Part shown: piece by piece, positions 37,063 through 48,783 of the stretch
Layout of the letters: each line of letters starts with the position of its first letter
How positions within the stretch are numbered: the first letter of the stretch is position 1
Source: Camelus dromedarius
Taxonomy: Eukaryota
Length of the DNA stretch: 64,000 nucleotides
Assembly (NCBI RefSeq): GCF_036321535.1
Contig: NC_087437.1
Coordinates: forward strand, 9,302,001 to 9,366,000
Direction of reading: 5' to 3'
Translations under genes and position numbers: made by a program
The notes under the pieces: generated by a model
What the model was told of the DNA's origin: nothing
The model's database searches: none
Seen by the model: only the letters and a program-made list of their open reading frames with translations

Positions 37063-37517
37063 TTCTATTGGCTTCTCTTCTGGCACAGTGACTAAGCACA
37101 GGTAAATCACCTAATTACTCTAGACCTTAAATTCGCCATCTATACCCTTTATAGAATTCTAGAGTCTTAGCGTGCTAAAGAATACTGATATGTACATCCG
37201 CACAAGAAAGAAAATCACACATTGACCTCCAAATAGTTCTGCTAAAAATACACATAGACATGTGGATTTGATAAGATGTCATATTTGATGTCTCTGCTTC
37301 AGTTCCTCCAAAGGTGCCAGCACGGGTCTGTCAATTTCTAGCTTTATGAACATAAGTAAATTAATGACTGTCTTTGTGTCTCTTACCCTTTTGGAGGATA
37401 ATTTAACTACACACAATTGTTCTAACTGTGTGTGTCACCAAGATGTTCAAATCCAGATGGCCCCAAGTCCACTCATTCATAAGCAAAAGTGTCTTGGTGC
37501 CCGTCTTAATGAGGTAG

Positions 37518-37952
37518 TGTTAAAATCAAAAGCAGAGACCAACCTTGAAAATTCCCTGAGCAGACAAAAAGCCAGTGTAGCCATTCAGATAAGGCTTACT
37601 TTAGCTTATTTTGCAAGACTAACTTGCCCTTGCTCTTCTGTTGCTTATGGCCCTGGAAATCATCAGCAAAACTTAAACTCTTTCCCGAAACTGACACGAG
37701 GCGACCACTAACCAATTCCCTATCAATGAAAAAAAATCCAATATTATAACCAATCTCTGGGAAGAATAAATAATCACTAATTTCTCATCACAGAAGCTGC
37801 TTTATCACAAAACACCCCTGAGCCTCATTTCATATTTTGGTTTGAGGTCTGCCAGTGTGCAAACTGTCTTTTAAGTGAATACAGTGAAGTTTGACTAATT
37901 ACTACTTAGGTGATTCACTGGTTTTACTTCTGTTATTTATGAACCTTTGACA
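37518..37952 (+). mobile_element. ERV1-class solo LTR
   Basis: TG...CA termini with short inverted ends (tgttaaaa...ctttgaca), ccctgagcagacaaaaagccag motif and CCAAT boxes. Confidence 0.7.
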
Positions 37953-38599
37953 GTGCGATGCCCCGAGTTCTCAGCAATATGTCCAAAAGTTGGAAGCTTT
38001 GTAGTTTTCCTACATGTGCCGTTGCTGTCACTACCTCCCCATCTGTGGTCAGCATCCTTTCTCATCGGTCTGCTTTTGTCCACTCCGGAGATTACCACTT
38101 ATGATCAATTTTCCTAGAGCGCTTGTGTTTGGTAGCATATTATGAACAATCAACGTGTACCCACTGTAAATTTTAGCAAGAGGAAGGGCACGTAATATCA
38201 GCCAAGCTGGAGCAGAAGGAGGAGCAGGAGGCAGAGGAAGGGGAGGAGGAAGAGAAAAAAAATAAAGAATTATAATGATTGTTAATTACTTACGATGATT
38301 TCCTATCACTAAGAATTGCATGGGCTATACCCCTCTTCTGTCAGTCCTTCTGCCATGGACTCAGACTCCTCTTTCTTTTTAAACCATTATTACATCTCTC
38401 CTTTCTCTCTATTCCTATACATGCCCCACTTTCTACAACCAGACAATGCAGAATTTGTCTCACTTGACACTGCAGAGCAGAACAAATCATCTCTCTTTCT
38501 AAGAACCGCCTTAACCTTTCCATATAAGTCAAGACGAGTTTTGAGATATTTTCACTCTAACCCCAATTTGGTCAGCAGCATTCAGTTAAGAGAAAGCAG

Positions 38600-39122
38600 A
38601 AATTTATACTCAGGGGCTTGAGCAGATGTTTGTACACCTATGTTCACAGCAGCATTATTCACAATAGCCAAAGGTAGAAATAACACACAAACCCATGGAT
38701 GGGTGAACGGACAAACAAAACGTGGTATATACATATAATGGAGTATCATTCAACCTTTAAAAGGAAGGAAATTCTGGTATATGCTTACAGCACAGATGAA
38801 CCCTGAAGACATCACAAATGAAACAAGCCAGACAGGAAAGGAAAACATTGCACGATTCCATTTATATCAGGTACCTAGAGTATTCAAACTCATAGAGACA
38901 GAAAGGAGAACGGTGGTTGCCAAGGACTGTGAGACAAGGGAGAGCAGCTGTTATCTAACCGGTGCAGTGTTTCAGATTTGCAAGATAAAACATGGCTGGG
39001 GGTGTTTAGTGGTGACGGTTGCCCAATAATGTGAATATGCTTAATGCCACTTAACATCCTTAGAAATGGTTAAAATGGTCAAACCATGTATATTGTTATG
39101 TGTATTTTAACATTAAAAAAAG
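38600..39122 (+). mobile_element. L1MB-type LINE-1 3' end
   Basis: tgttcacagcagcattattcacaatagccaaagg...catagagacagaaaggagaacggtggttgcc...aaatggttaaaatggt. Confidence 0.88.
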
Positions 39123-39811
39123 ATATAGCAGAGAAAATGCAATTGATTTTTAAAAGCTAACGTTCCTGAGTTCTAAGAGTTGGGCTCTTGAGTTTCAAAG
39201 CATAAGCTGTGAAGAGCACAGGATATAAAGTGGCCACCATCAAAAGACAGACAGAGAAAAGTGCACATTCACAGAAGAGAGCTGCTCTTCTTACTTCACA
39301 GAATAAGACCACTCTCTGGGCTGAGGAAGGCAACAGAGAGTCACAGGAGACAAATGTACTAAATGGCATTGGTTGGTAAATAGTAAGAGTCAAACTGAAT
39401 ACCAAGATGACAGGACCACCATGTGCTTTCTTCGGGAAGGAGAGAAAAGGAGACCAACAGATCAGCTTCATTCCCCATCCTCACCCATCAGTAACATGGC
39501 AAGAGCCCAGAGCCTCCTTGTGACCACCATGGTACAGGAGCAAAACATATGTCTGCAGTGGGGTGCACAGGGGATCGAAACAAATGAGTGAGTCAATCTC
39601 ACAGAATTCCAGAATGCTCCAGTGACGTGACATTCAGTAAAATGGCTTCTCATGCACACCAGAGTACCAGTGAAGCTCTTATAGCTTTAGAGAGCCCCTT
39701 TGATCTTCCAAGGATCGGGAGTGTCATGGAGAAATGGCTGGATTTATTTTAAGATCTTTCCGAGTACATAAAAATCACTGGAATTGAAGTGACCTGCAAA
39801 GGACTTATGTT

Positions 39812-40020
39812 TAGAATTCTGCTGTACAATACAGTAGCCACTGGCCATGTGTGGCTCTTTAAATACAAATGAATTAAAATTAAACACAATTAAATGTTCA
39901 GGTTCTTAGTTGCCTTAACCACAGTTCAAACTCTCAATAGCGACTGGTGGACAGTGGCTACCCAATTAGACAGAGCAGCTACAGAACATCACAGAAAGTT
40001 CAGGTGGACCACGATGGTTG
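39812..40020. mobile_element. hAT-Charlie MITE (MER3-like)
   Basis: gctgtacaatacagtagccactggccatgtgtggct...agtggctacc. Confidence 0.8.
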
Positions 40021-40247
40021 AGAACAAAGAGCTACCATAGCAATTTATGTGGCTGGACAACCAAGGATTATAAGGAATGGACCAGAGTGCATCCCATCTC
40101 TTGCCAATATGGACAGAGAAGGACAAAGGACCAGGTGTCTCCTGCCCCCTGACATTTTTAAAGCACCTAGAATATATATATAACCCAAGAAAGTAAAGAC
40201 TCTGATTAGCTAAAATTATATTTTACACATAGAATTAAAGTTCAAAG

Positions 40248-40693
40248 TACAGCCACTTTGGGGGTGGTTCCAGACCACCATAATAAAAGCAAATATCACA
40301 ATAAAGCAAGTCACACGATTAGTTTTTGGTTTCCCAGTGCATATAAAAGTCATGTTTACACTATATGGTAGTCTATTCAATGTGATACCCTTTTGCCTAA
40401 AAAAAATAATGTGCATACCTTAAATAAAAAAGGCTAAAAATGCTAACTATATCTGAGCCTTCAGTGAGTCGTCATTATTTTGCTGGTGAAGGATTTGAGA
40501 TATGGTGAGAATTCCCAAAATGTGACGCAGAGACACAAAGTGAGTAAATGCTTTTGGAAAAATGGCGCCCATAGACTTGCTCAACGCGGGTTGCTACAAA
40601 CCTTCAATTTGTTAAAAAACAAACAAACAAACAAACAAACAAACAAACAAAAAACCAGTATCTGTGAACTGCAATAAAACAAAATAGGCCTAT
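40248..40693 (-). mobile_element. Internally deleted Tigger1 derivative (Tigger1a_Art-like MITE)
   Basis: Both Tigger1 ends are present: ggttccagaccaccataataaaagcaaatatcacaataaagcaagtcacacg and ggaaaaatggcgcccatagacttgctcaacgcgggttgctacaaaccttcaatttg, joined near 40490. Confidence 0.88.
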
Positions 40694-40729
40694 AGATAAT
40701 AGGTTCAGTTTTAGAGAAAAAAAAAGTAG

Positions 40730-41860
40730 TTTCCATTACACATCGCCTTATGGATTAAAACACGTAAATCACGCTTCCCCAAGACGGAACAGAGTTCCCT
40801 GCTCTGCGAAAGTGACTGCAGGACCCTTTTAAGATAAATTTGAGTTCTTATCTCCCCCTAAATGGAATTCCCAATTGGTTCCTAGTTTATATGCCTAGTT
40901 TATAGACGGCACTCAAAAATGGTAGCTTTTCTGATTACGACTCCCTAAACACATCTTGTGCTAAATGCACAAAATAAAAGCTCGCGTCTTAGAAAAAGAA
41001 AAAGCTCCGGATCTGAAAAGGACACAACTACCTTCGAGAATGAGCGGCCAGGAAGAGCCAAGAGGGCCCTGAGGTCCTCTTAAGTCCGAAAGCGCAGCAT
41101 GTCTCTGACGCCAGGGTCCCCGAGAAAGTTTCATGACTTCCAAACCGCAGGACATCCCAGCCTCCCGCCTCCGCTAGCGGTAGCGGAACTGGCAACAGCT
41201 GTGCCGTCCGATTCACACGGACCGGTGAACGTTTGTCCAAATCGAATTACAGCCCGGGTTGTCGGAGTCGCTGATAAAATGCACGGTGCTTGCGAGGAGG
41301 GTGGTGCGAGCTGGTGAGGTGCACCGGCAGGCAGCTGGGGCTTGGGTGTGAATGAGGAGGTGGAGGAAGGAAGCGGTGGGTGACACCCTCTTTGTCTCCA
41401 GCAATCCGAACAGTGGGGCATCTTAAGCGCGCTTCTAAATGACAGGAAGGATAACTCAACAGAAAAGAGGGTGAGAGAAGAACTTAGAAATCAATGATAA
41501 ACCTCTGAATCCACTGGCAGGGATTTAGAGCTGGACTGGGAATCCAAGGTAAAATAGAGCTATTCAATCAGCTGGTTGGTACAACTCTTACAGGAGGATG
41601 GGGGATATAGGAGTTCCTAGAAAAGCTGAAGTTCCTGCAGTGCCCATCTACTTCCCAGGCAGCCTGCACCCCTCACTGTCACCAAGTTTCATGCCAACAG
41701 TCCTTGCGTAGAGGAAGAAAAGATGGAAAGAAAGGCACGGGACAAAGGTAATATGACTTCCGCGCAACTGCCCGGGCTTTCCCGCTCGGCACGAAGTCAC
41801 GGCTGCTGGGTCTCGTTTCAAGGTCAGATTTTCAAGGTCCACGCTCAGCATTAGATCCAG
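40730..41860. promoter_or_regulatory. CpG-enriched unique region (possible weak CpG island, promoter or enhancer)
   Basis: Visibly dense CpGs at 41040-41330 and 41735-41820 relative to CpG-poor flanks; no TE recognised. Confidence 0.4.
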
Positions 41861-41938
41861 ATCCAAACACTGCACATTCATCAACCTTAGGAATGTCTCT
41901 TTCGCCAGTAAGAGTTTTCGGTTTTGCATTTGATTCAC

Positions 41939-42700
41939 TTTTTTAATATATTTATTTTTATTGAAGTATAGTCAGTTTACAATGCTGTGTCAGTTTCTGG
42001 TGTACAGCATAATGCTTCACTCATACACGAACATACATATATTTATTTTCACATTCTTTTCACCGTAAGTTATTACAAGATATTGAATTTAGTTCCCTGT
42101 GCTATACAGTATGAACTCGTTGTTTATCTATTTTATATACAGTAGTTAGTATCTGCAAATCTTGAACTCCCAATTTATCCTTCCACTCCCTTCCCCCTCG
42201 GGTAACCTTAAGTTTGTTTTCTATGTCTGTGAGTCTGTTTCTGTTTTGTAAATAAGTTCATTTGGCTTTTGTTTTTTTCCAGATTCCACATATAAGTGAT
42301 ATCATATGGTATTTTTCTTTCTCTTTCTGGCTTACTTCACTTTGAATGATGATCTCCAGGTCCATCCATGTTGCTGCAAATGGCATTATTTTATTCTTTT
42401 TTATGGTTGAGTAGTATTCCATTCTATAAATATACCACAACTTCTTTATCCAGTTATTTGTTGATGGACATTTAAATTGTTTCCATTGTCTTGGCTATTG
42501 TAAATAGTGCTGCTATGAACATTGGAGTGCATGCATCTTTTTGAATTAAGGTTCCCTCTGGATATATGCCCAGGAGTGGGATTGCTGGATCATATGGTAA
42601 GTCTGTTGTTAGTCTTCTGAGGAATCTTCATACTGTCTTCCATAATGGCTCCACCAAACTATATTCCCACCAACAGTGTAGGAGGGTTCCCCTTTCTCCA
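41939..42700 (-). mobile_element. 5'-truncated LINE-1 3' end
   Basis: ORF 42258-42440 WYIYRMEYYSTIKKNKIMPFAATWMDLEIII; well-preserved copy. Confidence 0.95.
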
Positions 42701-45039
42701 TAATTCAACATCAGGAAATTTCAAATTTGTCTTCTACCTACAAGGGCAGCTAATTTCAAGTACGGGGTTTAAAGGAGCATCTTGTTAAACTCAAGAGTCC
42801 TAGTGTACAGGGGGACTGGGAAAAGACCTAAAAAGAGAAGGGCTGCCCATGTCCACAGGGCCAAATTATGCTTTCTTAAGAAGGAAAAATTCAGGGAGAT
42901 TTACCAAGTGGTTTTTCTTTCTAAAAATTGAGAGAGGACAATATACTTTTGGGATGTGGACATAAGCCAGGGAAGGAAAGGCATTCGTTGATTTGGTTAT
43001 GTTGAAGAAAATGCCATTCGCTGAGCCCCTACCTAACCTGATGAGACTGTGCTCAGTACTGCAGAATAAATTTCAATTGGGGGTTTTGCTTACTCCTATG
43101 TTAACACATTCTTATCCTTATTTTATACACGAGGAATTGGTCACTCTGGGAGATTGAAGTAAACGGACCAAGAGCCATACCTGCTAAGTGGTGATGCTTT
43201 GATCTGAACCAGATCTTTATCTTCAAAGAGAAGCTGCAAATTTGGAGAAGAACTTAGCCACAGACTAGATTCAGTGGCCATGGAGACTGATTCACGCAGC
43301 CAACAGGCAGTGAGTGTCTACTGTGTGTGGGCCATGGCTGTGGGAAAATGGCAAATGGTGGATTGGGTAACATGTCAAACCTAAAGAAAATCGGATCATT
43401 TTGACAGCTCGACAATCTCTCCACCCACTTCAGAGGCAGTTACAAAGAAGGGAAGGAAACTTTCTTCGCTTTTCCATCATCAGAGTGGAATGTTTTCAAC
43501 CAGCCTTGGGAGCCCACAGCCTCAGGACATTGGGTTACAGATGGAAAGCAAGGGACGGTTCTGGGTTGTTGTCTGTCACGGCAGCACTGCCCAGCCCCAC
43601 TTGGTCTGATTCCGAGGCTTGCTGAAGTCAGGGCTGGACAGAATGAAAGCCCATACAAAGTGATTCTGTGATGTGTCATGTATCCTATGCTACCGATGAT
43701 CTTTTTAATAAGTAATCGATTTCTTCATGACATATGTTGTTTCTCATTTCTAAACAAAACATTATACTCAAGGAAAACAGCAGGTAGAGACAGAGCTAAA
43801 TGTCTCAATATTCTATTTACAGACAATCCAAATGTCCAGAATAATTCTCCTTATCCAAATTCTGATATGGCTGTTAAGTAAATTATAGTCATTTTCTAAG
43901 TACTAATCTTTTAAAGGGATTGCTTAAATAACATGTAATAAAAACAACACAAAAACCTCAAGATGAGAGTCTCCTTATTATCTTACTGTCAATCTTTTCC
44001 AGACCTACACGTCTTTGGCAGAACGCTAAAATGGTAGTGGTGAATCAATCCTTTTTTCCTTCCCTCCCTTCCTACTTTCTCTCCTTTTCTCGCCTCCTTC
44101 TGTCTCTCTTTCCCTCCTTCTTTCCATTTACTTACCACCACAGATGCAACAAATGCTTATTTTTCAAGAGCCCTTTAAAAAGTTCTACAGAACATCAGGT
44201 AATACAGCTAATTACATAACACCCATTTACACAGCTGAATTCCTAAAATAATGATCGCACTCCATTTTCATTATCTGTAAGTCTGTTTCCTGTACCCACG
44301 GAATTAATCGTGGTGGTAAAATGTGCTTCTCCCTTTATATTTCTGACTAGTTTAACCAAATAATTTCTTAAAGTACACCGCTTTTCATTTTAAATGTAAC
44401 TTAAAAAAACAGGTTAACAACTGCCAACAGTTAACTGGAGATTTTATATGCTATAATATTATATGTCACCCATTACCAACTTTATAGGCTTAGCAGAATA
44501 AAATAATCATTGGTCTTTTTCATCTGAACGCCATTAAGAAAAATGGTGTAAACTTCAACTGATTAAATTGTTACTTAAGACGCTTTATGAAAATTTATTT
44601 TGAAGCAATTTTTCTCATTAAGACTTGACAAATCTGGAGAGCACTTCATTTAATCTCCTTTATGAGAATGTTTTGCATGCAAATAATCTGAAGGACTCTG
44701 AGAATCCAGAGAGACTTGGGCGGTCTGGAGTCGCTGGGACTTCCAGGCAGTTATTTCTTGCAGATCTGCTGTGCAAATTGCTTCTTAGACAAATCAAGGG
44801 GAGGGTGGAAAACAAGCAGGGAATCACCATGTTGTTTATAGTTTTAGCTATTCTATAAACATCGATAACCAATGGAGACGGAACAACTGCCAGTTGCACT
44901 CGGTGTGATTCTTACACATTGTTTATGATCATTTAATCAAAATATAACAGGAATTCAACAGATTTAAGGGATGTGGTAAAAGAGCAGGAAAAGATCTATG
45001 ATGAGATAACAAAGGAGCAACCATCACTGCCATTCTCAC

Positions 45040-45290
45040 AACCACTCAAAGCCTGTCCTGTATTCTTGAGGTTGGGTGTGTTCCAGGAAATACGAACATG
45101 TGGTATCTCATTTAACCCACAAATAACCAATGAGGCAATCAGTAGTATGACTTCCATTTTACAGATGAGGAAACTGAGGCATAAGGAGACCAAGTGACTT
45201 CTCCAACATTACATATCTAGTAAGGGTAGTGAATATAGGATATAAACCTGAGACTGACCCAAAACCCATCGCTTGAAGCTCTAAGCCTTG
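45040..45290 (-). mobile_element. MIR SINE
   Basis: ccattttacagatgaggaaactgaggcataaggagaccaagtgactt canonical core. Confidence 0.88.
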
Positions 45291-47661
45291 CTCCTCAATG
45301 TGCGGCTCATGAACAGGCAGCACCGGCTCTACCTGTGACTTTGTTAGAAGAGCACGCTCTGGTTTAATTGCACACTGATGTTCTAGAGCGCTGCTCCCAT
45401 ATTATATAACAGCGATGTGAATAATAAAAGCATGTATTACATCATGTATTTCTTCATAGCTGAATGTGCACATATACTATGTAGCAATGGGCAAGACAAG
45501 GTTAGAAGGCAAATGAGAAGACTGTTCTGGAAGGAAAAAAAAAAAGTCTACTTGGATGTCACTAGAGGGTGTTTTGTCCCACAATTGACAACATAATACG
45601 GACACGCTGTACTCTTGGAGTATTATGAAAGGAGTGGTCATGAATTCATGTCCCCAGAAACTACTTAGTGGGTTGACATCATGGAAATTTGCCAAACTTG
45701 CCTAGGAAAGGCTCTCCACCACATCAAAAGCTAGCTGACCAAAAGTGACACTAAATGTCATTTCTGAGGATTTACTGAAAGAAACCCATTCCATGAAAGT
45801 TTCCATTTTTATACAAGGACAAATCTTGGCAAAGCAGCTCTTCAGAACTAGAAAACTTAAAGCACCAGTCCCTTTTACTGACTGTTTTCAGCAGCTCAAA
45901 GACCAAGTTTAATTAGTTTATATTGAATACAAAAGTGGATATAGTTCTTTTATCATAAATGCAAGTTAGCTAAAAGACAATAGGATAGGATGGAATTTTT
46001 CCCCTATTCTTTAATTTTGTCCAAATAAAAGCCATTGATTCATTAAAAGGAATCAATCTGTCAAATTAGCAGTAGTGAATTTACTTCTTAAGTTGCATAA
46101 AAATGTACTGGTTTTGTGTGCCTGCCTCTTCATCTAAGTTAGAAGCTTTATTCCTCCTTATTCTAAACATTCCACAAATATTTATAGGTTGTGTGTTACG
46201 TGCATCTCTGAGGGTTACATTAGTCACATAATAAATAAATGCTTATTGATTTATAAATTAAATATTTTTCAGGTTCCCTGGATCAAGACTCTAAGATCTT
46301 TGAAGAGAAAGACTGGGTCTTGGTCATCGTCTGTCTCCCATGACTAGAAATTTGACTGTAACAATATTCATTGAGTTAGTGAATGAGTAATAGGTTGCAG
46401 AGAAATAGGAAGTGGCCAAGCTCTTGAAGTATATATACCATGAAAAAATGTTAATTCCAACAAAAAAGTAATGCCCACTTCGATGGCAATAATATGACTA
46501 TTTTATGTTTTAAAAGGTACATTAGCGATGGAATCTTTGTCCTAAACACCTTAAATGAGATCAGTTATCGTCAAAGTTTTCAGTTTCTATTCATTTCCTA
46601 CCAGTTCTTATAATTTGTGGCTCAGTATTATCTGTTAACAATCAAGCTGATAAACACATTTATATACTTATAAGTGTTTCTTTTATTTCCCAAAGTGAAC
46701 TTCCACTTAATACTCACATTATCAGGAGCCAAAATTTATGAGAGCCCATCTCACAATTATGAAACTTACATTAACAATTTTGTAACAGAATTCCTCAGAT
46801 CAGGTCCTACCACATCAATGTCCACAGAAAGACAACATTTTTAAAGAGTATAGGTAAAATACAGATTTCTATGATAATGGTGCCTTTTTTTAGACTGTTT
46901 CACATCTACGACATCTGTGTTTATGTCATTCTGAAAAAAAAAAAAAAAAAAAAAAAAAGAAAGGAAGGAAAAGAAGAAAACAGTGCTGATAGGGTCAGGA
47001 CCTGAGAGAAATCTGGAGCCATTTATTCTTCCACTGCACCTATTCAAAAATACAATTTGCCAACATCAGTTAAAAATAATGACTAGCAACTGGCCAATAC
47101 AGCCAAAGAAAGATGGAACAGCCTCCACTGAAGCAGGCCAGTGCATTAACTATGGAATCAGACAGTGATCACAGAATTAACGACCGTATTTACAATCAAA
47201 CACTGAAGCTGTCAAGAAGACCGAAAGATGTGATGGGCAGGGAAGCACTTTGGAGTCTGAGTATTTCAAAAACTGAAGGTGCAGGAAGGGTGAGCAAAAT
47301 AAAAGCAGAACACGAGGAACGAGGAATTACACAGATAATCAGCATTTCCAAAATCCTACGGAATTGCATATTAAATATAAACAAATTCCATGTGTTGTCA
47401 ACTCTAAATCCCAGAAACTATTTCAGGAGCCAACACTCAACTTGGAACATTATTCTTGGCTCCTGCGGTGAATATTTTTCTTTAGAATGTTCTTTCAGGT
47501 TTGCTTGGCTCTCTTCAGGGGAAAACGAGTGCCCCTCTCCCTGCCAACTACCGCAGGAGCTTTCCTAACCAGGTAACACGGTGGCACAACATGCAGAGGA
47601 GAAAGAAGTGGTTACATTCATTGATTTTTCTTTATGAGACATGAAAGTCCTTAAAACGTAA

Positions 47662-47762
47662 TTTTTTTTTTTGCACTTTATTTTTCATGGAGGTGCTCAG
47701 GGTTGAACCCAGGACTTCGTGCATGCTAAGCATGTGCTCTACCACTCGACTATACCCTCCCC
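47662..47762 (-). mobile_element. Camelid tRNA-derived SINE (Vic-1 type)
   Basis: Reverse complement GGGGAGGGTATAGTCGAGTGGTAGAGCACATGCTTAGCATGCACGAAGTCCTGGGTTCAACCC...A tail with Pol III A/B boxes; flanking direct repeat CTTAAAAC (47650 / 47766). Confidence 0.88.
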
Positions 47763-48304
47763 GCTCTTAAAACACAAATTAAAAAAAATTCCTCCAAAGA
47801 GCTCTTAGGCATCCGTGATGCTGTGTAGGATAAAGGTCACCACGGATCAGGCCCTGTTCCACATGTTCTCCCGTCTCAGATTCCCAACACTTTTCAGTAA
47901 AGTTAGAAACCAATGAATGGAGCCCATCATACACAAGCACCATCAGTTTGAGTCTATAAATGCTATAAATTCAGAAGTGCCAGGAAGTGCTAATTATCTC
48001 TCTTGTCTATCTTTCCTATCCCAAGTTCCTAGAAAAGCAGGAACGGTAGCTTTTCAATCTAATAGGTGACAAAAGCCACAGAAGCACTCAAAGTGTACAT
48101 AGATGTTCAAAAGAGCACAAAAATGTTCTGGTAAAACTAATTGTTTTTCCTGTGTGATTCCTTTTGAAACACTGGTTTTAAAATATTCCCAAACTATTGT
48201 ACTGCTGGACTGTTTGTTTTAGTGTCTAATTAAAAAAAAATAATTTGGATTTAGAAATCAAAATAATGAAGTGTCTTATCCCCATATGTAATCACTTAAA
48301 TCTA

Positions 48305-48359
48305 TCTTTCTTTTTCTTTCTTCCTTCCTTCCTTCCTTCCTTCCTTCCTTCCTTCCTTC

Positions 48360-48417
<58 letters not shown>

Positions 48418-48554
48418 ATTCTTTCTTTCTTTCCTTCCTTTCTTTCCTTCCTTTCTTTCTTTCTTTCCTTTTTTCTCTTTTTCTTTCCTCCCTCCCTTCC
48501 TTCCTTTTTTCTTTCCTTTTTTCTTCCTTTCTTTCCTTTTTTCTTTTTCTTTTT
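48305..48554. repeat. Compound (CTTT)n/(CCTT)n polypyrimidine microsatellite, ~250 bp
   Basis: Read directly from the sequence; almost purely C/T. Confidence 0.97.
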
Positions 48555-48652
48555 AGTTCCTTAAAATCCCTCAACAAGGTCCTTGAAGTTAATTCCATTT
48601 TTGAGTGTTCAAAAAAGGAGGCTCAAGAATTAACTATGAATTTTACTGCTTT

Positions 48653-48746
48653 CTTTTTTCTTTTTTTTAAATTAAAAAACATTTTTGTTGATGCATGGTT
48701 GATTTACACTGTTGTGTTAGTTTCTGGTGTATAGCAAAGTGATTCA

Positions 48747-48783
<37 letters not shown>

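Noticed and set aside
47113..47568. 151-aa ATG-initiated ORF
   Set aside because: No recognisable homology or domain-like composition; length is compatible with chance in 64 kb.
47683..47762. Possible tRNA gene
   Set aside because: It has an A tail and flanking direct repeats and a degenerate cloverleaf, so it is a SINE.
48245..48598. Low-complexity F/L/S/P and K/E/R ORFs
   Set aside because: Translations of the CTTT/CCTT microsatellite.
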